Source: Escherichia phage Sa157lw. From it: a stretch of DNA of 64,000 nt. Where the stretch lies: sequence record OK322699.1, one strand, 5' to 3'. Every line of letters starts with the position of its first letter. Positions within the stretch are counted from its first letter, which is position 1. The translations under genes and the position numbers were made by a program. The notes beneath the pieces were generated by a model. That model was not told the DNA's origin and searched no databases. It worked only from the letters and a program-made list of their open reading frames with translations. Below are positions 47,530 through 57,834 of the stretch, one piece after another.

Positions 47530-47608
47530 TTATCTAACATACAGGTATGCTGGGCGCGTCGCTTAATTAAAGGTGTCGACAACCCCTGTAGATATAGGAA
47601 GGTTCAAC

Positions 47609-48448
47609 ATGCAATCTGCGTCTAAAGTTGTATCCATGAAGCCAGCGAAGACAAAATCTGCTCGTAAGAAAGACACCATCCAGAAGGAAGAAGACTGGAT
47701 GAAGTTTTCCAAAGGCGATTTCAAAATTGCTCCGTTCAATGGCCTCTCAGAAAATCAGAACCTCGCATATCAATCCGCACTCAATGAACATCTCACTATC
47801 GCTATCGGTCCGGCAGGTACAGGCAAATCCTATTGTGGTGCGTCCGCTGCTGCCAAGCATCTGATTGACAAAACCATCAACAAGATTATCATCACGCGTT
47901 CTCCTTTACCGACTGGAACCACAGCGGGGTTCCGGCCTGGTGACACATATGAAAAGCTGATGCCTTATTTGATGCCGCTCATACAGACATTCAAAAAGGT
48001 TCTCAAAACAGATACGGGTTCCGACGGTTTCTTCAACTATCTGTGGGAGAAACGCATCATAGAAATTCAAGACCTTGAAACTGTAAAGGGAATGACCTTC
48101 GATGATTGTTTCCTGATTATCGAAGAGGCGCAGGAATGCGATATGGAGCAACTGAAAAACTTATTGACTCGTGCTTCAGATTCTTCGTACATCTTCGTGA
48201 ATGGAGATATCAAACAGTCTAACAAGCGACTGCGTGATAGTGCGTTACAGACGTATGTAGATTCCTTTAAAGACTTCAACAACAAGCTGGAAACAGGTTC
48301 TTTGCAAATTGACGGTGTAGAAATCGGAGATGAATATCCTGAGTGGGTTCAGCCATTCAGCATCATCGAATTCGATAAGTCTGATCGTAATGGTCGCGGT
48401 AACTTCACCCGCCTGATGTTAGAAATTAACGACCTGTACAACATTTAA
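47609..48448 (+). CDS. phoH: PhoH-like ATPase
   Basis: ORF 47573..48448 (GTG) trimmed to ATG; Walker A GPAGTGKSY and PhoH-like architecture. Confidence 0.7.
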   Translation: MQSASKVVSMKPAKTKSARKKDTIQKEEDWMKFSKGDFKIAPFNGLSENQNLAYQSALNEHLTIAIGPAGTGKSYCGASAAAKHLIDKTINKIIITRSPLPTGTTAGFRPGDTYEKLMPYLMPLIQTFKKVLKTDTGSDGFFNYLWEKRIIEIQDLETVKGMTFDDCFLIIEEAQECDMEQLKNLLTRASDSSYIFVNGDIKQSNKRLRDSALQTYVDSFKDFNNKLETGSLQIDGVEIGDEYPEWVQPFSIIEFDKSDRNGRGNFTRLMLEINDLYNI

Positions 48449-48532
48449 ATACCACACGAACTTCCCCGTCGCCTTCAATCCATGGAGGCGACGTATAATA
48501 ACAGCCTGCATTAACACAAACCGAGGATCGCT

Positions 48533-50815
48533 ATGATTAACATCATAAAGCGGGACGGATCTTCTGTCCCCTTTGACATTGAAAAACTCCACACTGTTCT
48601 TGAACGTGCCTGTGAAGGATTAGAAGGAGTTTCGGTGTCTGAGGTGGAAGCAGCATCGAAGATTCAGTTCACAGACAATATGAAAACCGAACGCATTCAG
48701 GATATTATCATCCAAGCGGCGGCTACATTGATTTCTGTAGAAAAACCCAACTACCAATATGTTGCTGCCCGTCTGAAATCGTATGACCTGCGCAAAGTCG
48801 TCTATGGGCGATACAAGCCACCTCATTTGCTTGATATATTCGCTAAAAACATCAAGCAGGGCGTTTATGATCGTGAATTCCTCGAACTCTATACGAAAGA
48901 AGAATTTGAAGAACTGAACACGGTCATCAATCACAAACGCGACAAGAATTTTACTTGGGCGGCTATGGGCCAGCTCACGCAAAAATATCTTTTGCGCGAT
49001 CGCTCAGCAGACAGCAAAGTATATTACGAAACGCCTCAAGTCATGTATATGGCGATCGCGATGGCTCTGTTCTCTGCATGGGATAAAGAAACCCGCCTGA
49101 CGATGGTGAAGAAATTTTATGAATACGCCAGTACAGGTAAATTCAGTCTTCCAACACCCATCATGTCCGGCGTTCGTACCCCAACCCGCCAATTCAGTTC
49201 TTGTGTTCTTATCAAAACTGGTGACACTTTGGACTCAATCAATGCTACAGCCAAAAGTATTGTTGATTATGTATCCAAACGCGCTGGGATCGGATTTGAT
49301 GTCGGAGCAATTCGCGGCATCGGTAGCCCTATCCGAAAAGGCGAAATGGTGCACACAGGCCTGGTTCCTTTCATCAAATATCTGACTGGGGCATTAAAGT
49401 CTTGCTCTCAAGGCGGTATTCGTGGCGGATCAGCAACTTGCTATATCCCTATCTGGCATTATCAATTTGATGATGTTGTGGTCCTGAAGAATAACCGTGG
49501 TCTTGAAGAGAACCGTGAACGCCGTATCGACTACGGTATTCAGATCAACCGTGTCATGTTCGAACGTCTGGTGAACAAACAACCCCTGTATTTGTTCGAT
49601 CCGAAAGACAACCGCGATATGTACGAAGCGTTTTTCGCAGATGTCGATAAGTTCCGTACCCTGTACGACAACATGGTCAAAGCTGCTGATGCTGGTTTGG
49701 TTCGTGCCAAGAAGATGAATGCGGAAGAAGTATTCCAGATGTTGTTGGATCAGCGTTCAGATACAGGCCGCATCTACATCGCGTTTGTCGACCACATGAA
49801 CCAGTACAGTCCATTCAATCTAGACACAATCTATAGTTCTAATCTGTGTCTGGAGATTGCGCTTCCTACTCGTGAATTCCAACAGTACGACGATGAAGAA
49901 GGTCGGATCGCTCTGTGTACTTTGGCCTCTTTTAACCTGACGGCGTTTGAAGACCCGACAGAAATGGAAGATGTTGCTTTCGTTCTGGTTTCAGCTTTGG
50001 ATATGTTGTTGGAATATCAGGACTACCCAGCTCGCCAAGCCCGTTTGGCTGTAGAAGAATATCGTCCTCTGGGTATCGGTATCGTCAACGTCGCGCATTT
50101 CTTCGCCAAGAACTTCACGGGGTATGGATCTCCTGTTGGGTTAGAACTCCTGGACAAGTGGATGGCGCACCTGCATTTCTATCTGGTAAAGGCTTCGAAT
50201 CGTCTGGCCATGAAGTTTGGGGCATGTAAGAAGGAAACCATTCATCGTTCTGGTAAGATAACAGCCGACCTTCAACCGTTGCCGCTGGATATCCTCCCCA
50301 ATGGTAAAAAGCCGGAAGGTATGGCATACGGCCTTGACTGGGACGGTTTGAAAGACTCTCTGCGTTGCCATGGTATCCGCAATGCTACTCTCTTGGCGAT
50401 AGCACCAACTGAAAGCTCCTCTCAGGTGCTGAACGCCACGAATGGTATAGAGCCACCCAAAGGCCTCATCAGTATCAAAGGCAGCAAGGATGGCGTTTAC
50501 AAGCAGATCGTTCCGGACGTTGAAACCCTTGGTCCTCTATATGACCTGAAATGGAATCTGTCTTGTATCGACTATTTGAAAACAGCGGCGGTCGCCCAGC
50601 GTTGGGTAGACCAATCCATCAGCGTTAATACACATTATGATCCAGAGAAATTCCCAGACGGGAAGATCCCGCGCTCTCTCATGATGCAGGATATTCTGTC
50701 TTTCTACATGTGGGGTGGTAAAACTCTGTATTACAACACCAACAAAGACTCTAAGGAAGATGAAGAGTTGAAACAAATTGAAGATCCGAATCACTGTGAC
50801 ACCTGTGTTGTCTGA
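48533..50815 (+). CDS. nrdA: ribonucleotide reductase class Ia large subunit NrdA
   Basis: 760 aa; ATP-cone start MINIIKRDGSSVPFD, C-terminal redox cysteine pair. Confidence 0.9.
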   Translation: MINIIKRDGSSVPFDIEKLHTVLERACEGLEGVSVSEVEAASKIQFTDNMKTERIQDIIIQAAATLISVEKPNYQYVAARLKSYDLRKVVYGRYKPPHLLDIFAKNIKQGVYDREFLELYTKEEFEELNTVINHKRDKNFTWAAMGQLTQKYLLRDRSADSKVYYETPQVMYMAIAMALFSAWDKETRLTMVKKFYEYASTGKFSLPTPIMSGVRTPTRQFSSCVLIKTGDTLDSINATAKSIVDYVSKRAGIGFDVGAIRGIGSPIRKGEMVHTGLVPFIKYLTGALKSCSQGGIRGGSATCYIPIWHYQFDDVVVLKNNRGLEENRERRIDYGIQINRVMFERLVNKQPLYLFDPKDNRDMYEAFFADVDKFRTLYDNMVKAADAGLVRAKKMNAEEVFQMLLDQRSDTGRIYIAFVDHMNQYSPFNLDTIYSSNLCLEIALPTREFQQYDDEEGRIALCTLASFNLTAFEDPTEMEDVAFVLVSALDMLLEYQDYPARQARLAVEEYRPLGIGIVNVAHFFAKNFTGYGSPVGLELLDKWMAHLHFYLVKASNRLAMKFGACKKETIHRSGKITADLQPLPLDILPNGKKPEGMAYGLDWDGLKDSLRCHGIRNATLLAIAPTESSSQVLNATNGIEPPKGLISIKGSKDGVYKQIVPDVETLGPLYDLKWNLSCIDYLKTAAVAQRWVDQSISVNTHYDPEKFPDGKIPRSLMMQDILSFYMWGGKTLYYNTNKDSKEDEELKQIEDPNHCDTCVV

Positions 50816-50847
50816 TTAGGTCTATACCACACAATCGTTTAATATCA

Positions 50848-50870
50848 GGGGTGATTCGTCACCCCTTATT
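50848..50870 (+). terminator. stem-loop GGGGTGA ttcg TCACCCC
   Basis: inverted repeat; weak T-run. Confidence 0.35.
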
Positions 50871-50885
50871 CATCAGGAAAGAAAC

Positions 50886-51989
50886 ATGAACGAACAAAAG
50901 CAATTCTCAGTATTCGATCCATCTTCAAATAATACAGGACTGCCATTCTTTGGCGACCCTGTAAGTATCCAGCGTTATGACAAAGTGGCTTGGCCTTTTG
51001 TTCAAAAATGGTATGAAAAAGGCCTCAGCCAATTCTGGCGTCCGGAAGAAGTGGATGTCACCAAAGACAAAGCGGACTTTGCCACTCTATCCGCTGCGGA
51101 ACAACACATCTACTTCAGCAACCTGAAACGCCAAACCATGCTGGACTCTATTCAGGGCGCTGCTCCGTTCGAAGCGTTTGGCCCGTGGGCATCAACACCA
51201 GAAGCGCAATTTGCTATTCTGGAATGGACGCGCCAAGAAGCCATCCACTCACTATCTTACACGCATATCCTTCGTAACACAGTGAATGATCCTGGTATCG
51301 TTTTTGACCATGTTCTGGACGTTCAGGAGATCGTAGATTGCGCCGGACAGATCAGCGTATACTACGACGACATGGTGCGTTACAGCGGAATGCGTATGGC
51401 TGGACGCGCGTTCACCCGTGAAGACATCATGAACGCCAAGCGTGCATTCTGGCGTGCTCTGTTTGCTGCTAACTCCCTCGAAGGCGTCCGTTTCTATGTT
51501 TCATTCGCATGCTCTTGGGCATTCATGCAATTCCTCAACAAAATGGAAGGCAATGCCAAGATTATTCGCCAGATCGCTCGTGACGAGCAAGATCACCTCA
51601 TTCTGACACAGACTTTCCTGAATCGTCTTCCGTTGTTGGACCCTGATTTTGGTATCATCCGTGAAGAACTGCGTGGCGAAATGACCCAGATGTATGTGGA
51701 TGTGGTCAACCAAGAGAAAGAGTGGGCGAACTATCTGTTCAAAGACGGATCCATGCTGGGTCTGAACGCAAATATCTTACACCAAATGGTTGATTGGCTA
51801 GCAACACATCGTATGGGCGCGATTGGCCACCCGTACCCTGGGCAAGCCCGTAAAGACAATCCGGTTCCATGGATAAATGAGTGGCTAGATAATAAAACAA
51901 TGCAATACGCATTACAGGAAGCGGAAGCCCCTGATTATCTGACTGGTGTCCTTACTGGATCAGTCTCCGACGGTCTGAAATTTGTTTAA
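50886..51989 (+). CDS. nrdB: ribonucleotide reductase small subunit NrdB
   Basis: 367 aa; ferritin-like di-iron E/H motifs; follows nrdA. Confidence 0.9.
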   Translation: MNEQKQFSVFDPSSNNTGLPFFGDPVSIQRYDKVAWPFVQKWYEKGLSQFWRPEEVDVTKDKADFATLSAAEQHIYFSNLKRQTMLDSIQGAAPFEAFGPWASTPEAQFAILEWTRQEAIHSLSYTHILRNTVNDPGIVFDHVLDVQEIVDCAGQISVYYDDMVRYSGMRMAGRAFTREDIMNAKRAFWRALFAANSLEGVRFYVSFACSWAFMQFLNKMEGNAKIIRQIARDEQDHLILTQTFLNRLPLLDPDFGIIREELRGEMTQMYVDVVNQEKEWANYLFKDGSMLGLNANILHQMVDWLATHRMGAIGHPYPGQARKDNPVPWINEWLDNKTMQYALQEAEAPDYLTGVLTGSVSDGLKFV

Positions 51990-51998
51990 AGGTGAGAA

Positions 51999-52223
51999 AT
52001 GATTACGATCTATTCCAAACAAGGTTGTGCGCAGTGTTTACAAGCCGAAAACATCTGCCGCATTCGCGGTATTGAACACAAGATTCTGAAACTTGATAAA
52101 GATTACAAGCTGGAAGAATTACAGAAAATCACTGGTAAACAGCGCATGTCTATGCCCGTGATTGTCCTGGCCGATCAAACCGTGACCGATGTTACTGGAC
52201 TCGCCGCAAGTTTAAAACGTTGA
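51999..52223 (+). CDS. nrdC: glutaredoxin/thioredoxin NrdC-like
   Basis: 74 aa with CAQC active-site motif, follows nrdB. Confidence 0.65.
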   Translation: MITIYSKQGCAQCLQAENICRIRGIEHKILKLDKDYKLEELQKITGKQRMSMPVIVLADQTVTDVTGLAASLKR

Positions 52224-52249
52224 TATTTCAAAGCCCCTGATCCAGGGGC

Positions 52250-52278
52250 TTTACTTTTGAAACCTTCCCGCCTATACT
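52250..52278 (+). promoter_or_regulatory. early sigma70-type promoter (-35 TTTACT, 17-bp spacer, -10 TATACT) overlapping terminator hairpin AGCCCCTG atc CAGGGGCT
   Basis: promoter family member. Confidence 0.5.
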
Positions 52279-52329
52279 TCCCAATAATTCATTGGCAAAC
52301 GCCACAAATTGAACAGCAGGAACTATATC

Positions 52330-52563
52330 ATGACCAATTCTGAAATATATCATGCTTCTATGCATTATCATGACCTACGCGCCCGTCCAGGACACGCCAA
52401 ACAAAAAGCATTCTGGGTGGCAGAACTCAGATTACGCCGTGCCGTCGTTAACCACCAAATAATCATGAATCGGAAAAACGACAAATCACCGTTGTTGGCA
52501 GATTCTTATCTTGAACTCCGCACAGCCTATGAACAAGCCAAACAGCACGTAATAGGAGCATAA
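52330..52563 (+). CDS. hypothetical early protein
   Basis: ORF 52309..52563 trimmed to ATG after conserved leader CAGGAACTATATCATG. Confidence 0.4.
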   Translation: MTNSEIYHASMHYHDLRARPGHAKQKAFWVAELRLRRAVVNHQIIMNRKNDKSPLLADSYLELRTAYEQAKQHVIGA

Positions 52564-52564
52564 T

Positions 52565-53026
52565 ATGTCCAACAAATTACTCACCAACCCCCGCCACAAC
52601 TTTGGTTATATCCAATTACCAGAAGTGATAGACACGTTGTTTGCTGAAGACAAGGAAGAAGTTTGTTGGGCACCAGCGACTCTTATTGAACGCGAAATTT
52701 TCAAATCTGAAGTAGACGTGATGTTCCGCATCGGTTCATCCGGAGACCTTCATTATTTGGGGAAAGTGACCGAGTTAAAGACCTGCCATGCTCAAAGATT
52801 TTTGCGCATTGACACCACTCAATGTGACGACTTTTCATTCAGCATTCTGCGTGAATATGTTCAGGTCAACCGTCCTGTGTATCAACACCGCCCTTATTTG
52901 ACGTCGATGCATATAGACAATTATATTTCCGACATTCATTTACGTGCATCAACTATCCATGAAGAAGATTCTGGTATCGCGGTTGATACAGTACTCAATA
53001 TGATCGTCATTACTTTGGTGCCGTGA
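52565..53026 (+). CDS. hypothetical protein
   Basis: 153 aa ORF. Confidence 0.4.
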   Translation: MSNKLLTNPRHNFGYIQLPEVIDTLFAEDKEEVCWAPATLIEREIFKSEVDVMFRIGSSGDLHYLGKVTELKTCHAQRFLRIDTTQCDDFSFSILREYVQVNRPVYQHRPYLTSMHIDNYISDIHLRASTIHEEDSGIAVDTVLNMIVITLVP

Positions 53027-53027
53027 T

Positions 53028-53366
53028 ATGTACAAATTCCCGATATTAGAAACAGTGTACTCAGTTCACAAAAAGGAAGGTCCATTATTTGAAAATTTGG
53101 ATATTCTGTTAAAGGAAAATGTCCGTATCCCTCTGGTTCTAAAGGGAAAGCAAATAGGATATAGCCATGACTGCCAAATAATGCGTTCTGAAGGCATCGA
53201 CGTCTTACGCATCCGTCTAACATTTGTGTTGACAGGTAATCTGGACGGTATGGTGGTTAATCTGAAACCAACCACCATAGTCCACAGAACGGGTGGGAAA
53301 ATATTATATCGTTTATTAACTCATTTTGAGTTGGTGACAAAATGCTCTGCCACGGACGTTCTTTAA
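53028..53366 (+). CDS. hypothetical protein
   Basis: 112 aa ORF. Confidence 0.4.
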   Translation: MYKFPILETVYSVHKKEGPLFENLDILLKENVRIPLVLKGKQIGYSHDCQIMRSEGIDVLRIRLTFVLTGNLDGMVVNLKPTTIVHRTGGKILYRLLTHFELVTKCSATDVL

Positions 53367-53747
53367 TCAATTTGTCCGTTTCAACCATATGGTGTCTGTT
53401 ATCGGCTCTGGGTTGTTGACCACATAAAACGTTATGGTTACACCCAGAGAATGATAATCTTCAGACAATGACACATCAACTGATTGTATCTCCGCTCTCG
53501 GTTCAAATAAAGCAATCGCGTCTTCAACTTTGTTTTTAACATCAACCTGAATTGTGGGATTCGTATTTTCCCCCAGCATGGTATACAGCCCAGCCCCGAT
53601 ACTTGGGTATGTCGGCCAATCCCCAACTGTTGTCATCACGATATTTCGTACGGATTGCAACACGGCATAGACACCTGTTTTCTTTGTGACATCTTTGGTG
53701 ACCGGATGCATGCCAAACTTCAGGTCAATGTCCTTGTACTCTTTCAT
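53367..53747 (-). CDS. 25: baseplate wedge protein gp25 (GPW/lysozyme-like fold)
   Basis: ORF 53367..53780 trimmed to MKEYKDIDLKF behind AAGGGG RBS; pattern resembles T4 gp25. Confidence 0.65.
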   Translation of the reverse strand: MKEYKDIDLKFGMHPVTKDVTKKTGVYAVLQSVRNIVMTTVGDWPTYPSIGAGLYTMLGENTNPTIQVDVKNKVEDAIALFEPRAEIQSVDVSLSEDYHSLGVTITFYVVNNPEPITDTIWLKRTN

Positions 53748-53811
53748 GTTAAACCCCTTTGGATATTGCCTCTCCGGCACGAGAGGGCATTATCTACCCT
53801 CGCCAGTGTAA

Positions 53812-55437
53812 TCATGCGTCTTTACCACCAAAGTTGCCGCCATTATCCTCCAGTTCCGGTTTTATATCAATTGGACCAGGACCAGAAGTAGATACTGGAG
53901 TTGCCCCAGCGCGTGATGCAGCACGACCAGCACCTTCAGCATATTTGATGTTGCCTTCAATAGTCTGCGCCACCGACAACTTATCACAAACTATTTCACT
54001 AGCCAGTATTTTAGGCACTTTTAAAGTATTGGAAACTTCCAACATCTCGCAGATGATACGCATCACGTTTTGCGCCTGAATTTCGGCCAGCTGTGAAAAT
54101 TTCATCAACGCCGTGCCAGCAACCACATTGGAGTAGTTCGATGAATGTAGATGATAGACCTCACCTGTCTTGCGCTGAACTTCAGTCCCACCAATGGTCA
54201 GGTTGTGATCACGACCAACATAGTAACGTTTGTCAAACATCGTCAGATCATAATGATCTTTGACTGATTTATTGACCACGTCCCCGTCAGGAAGCATCTG
54301 CTTATAAGACCCCGAGGAGTGCATCCAATGGAGACGTTCCCCGCCTGGTGTGTCATCAACCTCCATAATATGCCCCGACCGAGATGCCATGACATTGTTG
54401 TAAGGATAACGAGACCCGCCAGCAGAAGGAACCGACACCTCTCCTGTGTTATCAATATCTTGAACACGCCCAGAAGGAGGCGGAGTTTCCTGAACTTTTG
54501 GTGTACGATCGGGGATTGGCTCAGACCATTTACCATTTTGTTGCGCAGGAGCCGCCGATGCTGTCGTAGCAGGACCAGGCCAACGATAACCCAACACAGA
54601 TGAGCGGCTGAAGCGACTCACCTTCACAGAATCTGATTGGTTGCCTCCAATACACCAAACATAATTGGCATCGAATTTCTGTACAAACGCAACGTGTCCA
54701 AATGTTGGGTTGTTGCCACGACGGAATACAACAACTGCGCCGTAACGGGGTTCTGACAAAGGGGAACCCCATTGCAAATATGAACGAGCCAAAGCCGAGC
54801 GCGTTGAAGTGTATCCTGCTTGGATCAACACCCATCCCACAAATGAAGCGCACCAGCTGACTTCATCTTCCGAAGCGCCCAAAGATGTTGTCTTGTGATA
54901 TTCCAAAATCCTTGGGTTATTATTGAATTTGCCAGAATATTCTTTGACACCTAATTCACCACGAGCCACTGTCATCCATTTCTCAGGATCATAACCGTCC
55001 ACAGGCGGTTGAGGTTCTGGTTGTGGGTCGTCTTCAATCTTGACAGGAACATTTTCAACGGCGTTATATTTCTGTCTTTCTATAGATTGAACAACCTGGC
55101 CCAGCGCCAACGGGTTTGTGTCTGAACCATCCGTTGGTGTCGCCGCTGGCCAAACCCAGGCGATACGAATATTTTGGTATGCTTCATCCAAAGCAAATCC
55201 CATAACATCCGACCCGACTGTAATACCCGTTGGAGACCAGCCTAAACCTGCCGAGGAGGCGTTAGATGCTGGCATGAGCATTTTACCCCAAGGCAATAAT
55301 TCGGTAGGTAAGAGAGTGGTATCTTCCGTGTGTACACCATAGATGCGCACAGCGACGCGCCCGTTCTGGTCGGGATCATTCACGTCTTCAACGCGCCCGT
55401 AAAACCAACGCAAGTTGTCTAACATATTGAAACCCAT
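53812..55437 (-). CDS. 5: gp5-like baseplate central spike with CHAP/TIGR02594-like peptidoglycan hydrolase domain
   Basis: N-terminal OB-like GRVEDVNDPDQNGRVAVRIYGVHT, middle KEYSG..WCASFV..GHVAFV domain, Gly/Ser-rich C-terminus. Confidence 0.7.
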   Translation of the reverse strand: MGFNMLDNLRWFYGRVEDVNDPDQNGRVAVRIYGVHTEDTTLLPTELLPWGKMLMPASNASSAGLGWSPTGITVGSDVMGFALDEAYQNIRIAWVWPAATPTDGSDTNPLALGQVVQSIERQKYNAVENVPVKIEDDPQPEPQPPVDGYDPEKWMTVARGELGVKEYSGKFNNNPRILEYHKTTSLGASEDEVSWCASFVGWVLIQAGYTSTRSALARSYLQWGSPLSEPRYGAVVVFRRGNNPTFGHVAFVQKFDANYVWCIGGNQSDSVKVSRFSRSSVLGYRWPGPATTASAAPAQQNGKWSEPIPDRTPKVQETPPPSGRVQDIDNTGEVSVPSAGGSRYPYNNVMASRSGHIMEVDDTPGGERLHWMHSSGSYKQMLPDGDVVNKSVKDHYDLTMFDKRYYVGRDHNLTIGGTEVQRKTGEVYHLHSSNYSNVVAGTALMKFSQLAEIQAQNVMRIICEMLEVSNTLKVPKILASEIVCDKLSVAQTIEGNIKYAEGAGRAASRAGATPVSTSGPGPIDIKPELEDNGGNFGGKDA

Positions 55438-55774
55438 TAGTCAATTAGAATCATGGGTTATTTATGGCGGGGATTTGAAATCTGTCGAATAGTAATATTA
55501 TAGGAAGCTCTGCTTCCGTTCAACTTTATTCTTTTCGTTTCTACTCGCTGAAGCTCGTAACACCGCCTTGACAGGCAGTCCCATTCCAATGCCATGGAGG
55601 CATAAAGGCGAGGAAAATACTGTACACCTCAGAACATGCGTAGAAAAGGATTATTTTTGCTTCAAAACAAATTCAAACCCCAATTTACACAACACTTACT
55701 TCAGCAACAACGGTGTTATAGCAATTTAAGGTTAAACGTTCCTGTCTTAACCTATAAAACAGGTAAGCAAAGAA

Positions 55775-55800
55775 AACCCCACATTACGTGGGGTTGGAAG
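55775..55800 (-). terminator. minus-strand terminator AACCCCAC gtaatg TGGGGTT + TTCTTTGC
   Basis: inverted repeat read on reverse complement. Confidence 0.55.
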
Positions 55801-55944
55801 ATTTCTTGGACAAACGTATCTTTAGTGTCTCTGTTAGCAAATCAAGATGCCAAGGCATCGACTCGCTTATTTCAAATATGCTATAGCCATGTGCCTTTAA
55901 TTCGTCACACATCACAAAGTAGGAGAGTAAATCAATTTCAAAAA

Positions 55945-56748
55945 TTAAATGAAAATTTCAGTGACACTGTTAAATTTGACTTCATGTTCTTTCCCACACG
56001 AAGGACATTTAATTTTCGTCGCGTAACGGATACGAGGAATCTTTTTAAAGAAATCGTCGGATATATCTTGAACAATCTCAGATTCAATATTTTCCCCCAC
56101 CCATTTAACAAATTCATCTTTGACGCGTTGACGTTCTTTAGCAACATCAGGTGCTATGCCAGGCTCTGCCGGATTCTCTACTTTCCAAACCTGACCATCA
56201 TCGTCATACAAACAATCAATAAATGTCGCGATCATTTGCTCCACAGATGATGCTTCGTTGAGCACTGAGGCGTCCGAGAAGGACGGTTGACGCATCTTGA
56301 TGTGATAGCCACCAGGGAGGTCAAATGTTTCCCTGAAGCCTTCTGGGGACACGCATTTCACTTGGTTGAGGGGGATCGGTAAAACAAGTTCTTGACCACA
56401 TTCTTTAAGGCCAGAAACTGGTTCTTCACCTTCATTTGTGTCGGATGGAACTTTGTTGTTACATTTGTATCGTATCTTCATGACCTCGCCGATAGATATA
56501 CAGCGCATCTTTAAAAATACTTCTTCAGTAACACCGATTGGCAGTTTACTAAAGGGAACCCCAGCGTCAACACAACTATCAAACAGTTGCTCCAGCGTCG
56601 CCACACGTTCACTCATAGGAGTGTTCGGATCAGCAACCTGAAGTAACATGGTCTGTTGCCCTGCTGTGAAAGCGCGGTATTTAATCACCGTCGGCCAGAA
56701 ATCACTTTTGTGTGTTCTCTCAGTTTTGGGCAATGATGGTAAATTCAT
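55945..56748 (-). CDS. putative baseplate-associated protein with C-terminal zinc ribbon
   Basis: ORF 55945..56841 trimmed to MNLPSL behind GGAG RBS; co-oriented upstream of gp5; KCPSCGKEHE motif. Confidence 0.4.
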   Translation of the reverse strand: MNLPSLPKTERTHKSDFWPTVIKYRAFTAGQQTMLLQVADPNTPMSERVATLEQLFDSCVDAGVPFSKLPIGVTEEVFLKMRCISIGEVMKIRYKCNNKVPSDTNEGEEPVSGLKECGQELVLPIPLNQVKCVSPEGFRETFDLPGGYHIKMRQPSFSDASVLNEASSVEQMIATFIDCLYDDDGQVWKVENPAEPGIAPDVAKERQRVKDEFVKWVGENIESEIVQDISDDFFKKIPRIRYATKIKCPSCGKEHEVKFNSVTEIFI

Positions 56749-56797
56749 AATGTATCTCCACGGTATATTGTAACCATATTTATAATGAGGACCGAAA

Positions 56798-57322
56798 ATG
56801 CACGCGTTCTGTTTCAGTAAAGTTGGAGAACAACTTACCATTAATTATCCGGATACAAATACGGATTTCTTTGTATTGCTAACGGATTTCGCAAATAAAT
56901 TGGGGATCAAGAATATCGCCATGACTGTGGACGATATGAAATTTGGTCGTCTGGGTGTAAAAGATTTATTGAATTACGGATTCAACGTAATCATCGTCGA
57001 TCAGACATACAGCCCAATTGACGAGGAAGATGTTATTCCAGTTTGGGTTCAACGAGACATAAACACTCTGGATAAGCATTATCCCGATTGTGTCATCATT
57101 GGCGAATTAATACCATATTTTCATAAACGTCGTCGGCTTGAATCAATTAAAAGTTATTTTCAAGATAGCGATGACGGATATAAAATGGATGTCCTTACGA
57201 GCGGTTGGGTTGTGAAGAATACCACAGGCAATGCCGACCGAATTACTTCCCGTCTTTATGAATATGTTAAAGAACGGGATTATGAACTGGAGAACAATAA
57301 TGCCAAACGTAGAACGCGCTGA
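56798..57322 (+). CDS. hypothetical protein
   Basis: 174 aa, divergent from the baseplate cluster, GAGGA RBS. Confidence 0.4.
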   Translation: MHAFCFSKVGEQLTINYPDTNTDFFVLLTDFANKLGIKNIAMTVDDMKFGRLGVKDLLNYGFNVIIVDQTYSPIDEEDVIPVWVQRDINTLDKHYPDCVIIGELIPYFHKRRRLESIKSYFQDSDDGYKMDVLTSGWVVKNTTGNADRITSRLYEYVKERDYELENNNAKRRTR

Positions 57323-57785
57323 TATTCAGCAGGTACAAGACGTCATCCTTCAACGCCTCCGCGCTGTGATCACAAATGAAAAGGGAGAAATTGCGCCAGG
57401 GTTTGAAGGCGCATTCGACGGTTTCGTTGCCGATGATCAGGGGAACCCCGTTGTACAAACGATCGCTGGCATGATTATGCTGAATAGCGAATTTATGGCT
57501 GATGGTAAAATCCATTATTCTCCCAATCTCAGTGTTGACGGAGAATCTTTGGCTTCCGAAGTGGTTGATTTAACGGTTGCCGTTGGTGAGTTGGGTTATG
57601 TTTTGATGGTTTGCACCGCGCATTATGTGGACGCCAACGGCCATGTGTCATATGGTGATGAAGCGCGGGGAATCAAACGTCATGTGGATACTGCGGCAGT
57701 TCTGCAACAGATCCGCCAGATGCAAGACAATATGGATTCCAAACCCCGCCTGATTTTGCCAGATAGTAAAATCGTGACAAGATAA
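57300..57785 (+). CDS. hypothetical protein
   Basis: ORF 57231..57785 trimmed to MPNVERAD. Confidence 0.4.
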   Translation: MPNVERADIQQVQDVILQRLRAVITNEKGEIAPGFEGAFDGFVADDQGNPVVQTIAGMIMLNSEFMADGKIHYSPNLSVDGESLASEVVDLTVAVGELGYVLMVCTAHYVDANGHVSYGDEARGIKRHVDTAAVLQQIRQMQDNMDSKPRLILPDSKIVTR

Positions 57786-57834
57786 TCCGGTCTAAATACC
57801 CATAACACAATGAAACTTCGTTATGGGTATTTTT

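Noticed and set aside
55636-56250. 204-aa + strand ORF spanning the intergenic region and antisense of the 55945-56748 gene
   Set aside because: No RBS, overlaps a better-supported minus-strand gene and a terminator; likely spurious
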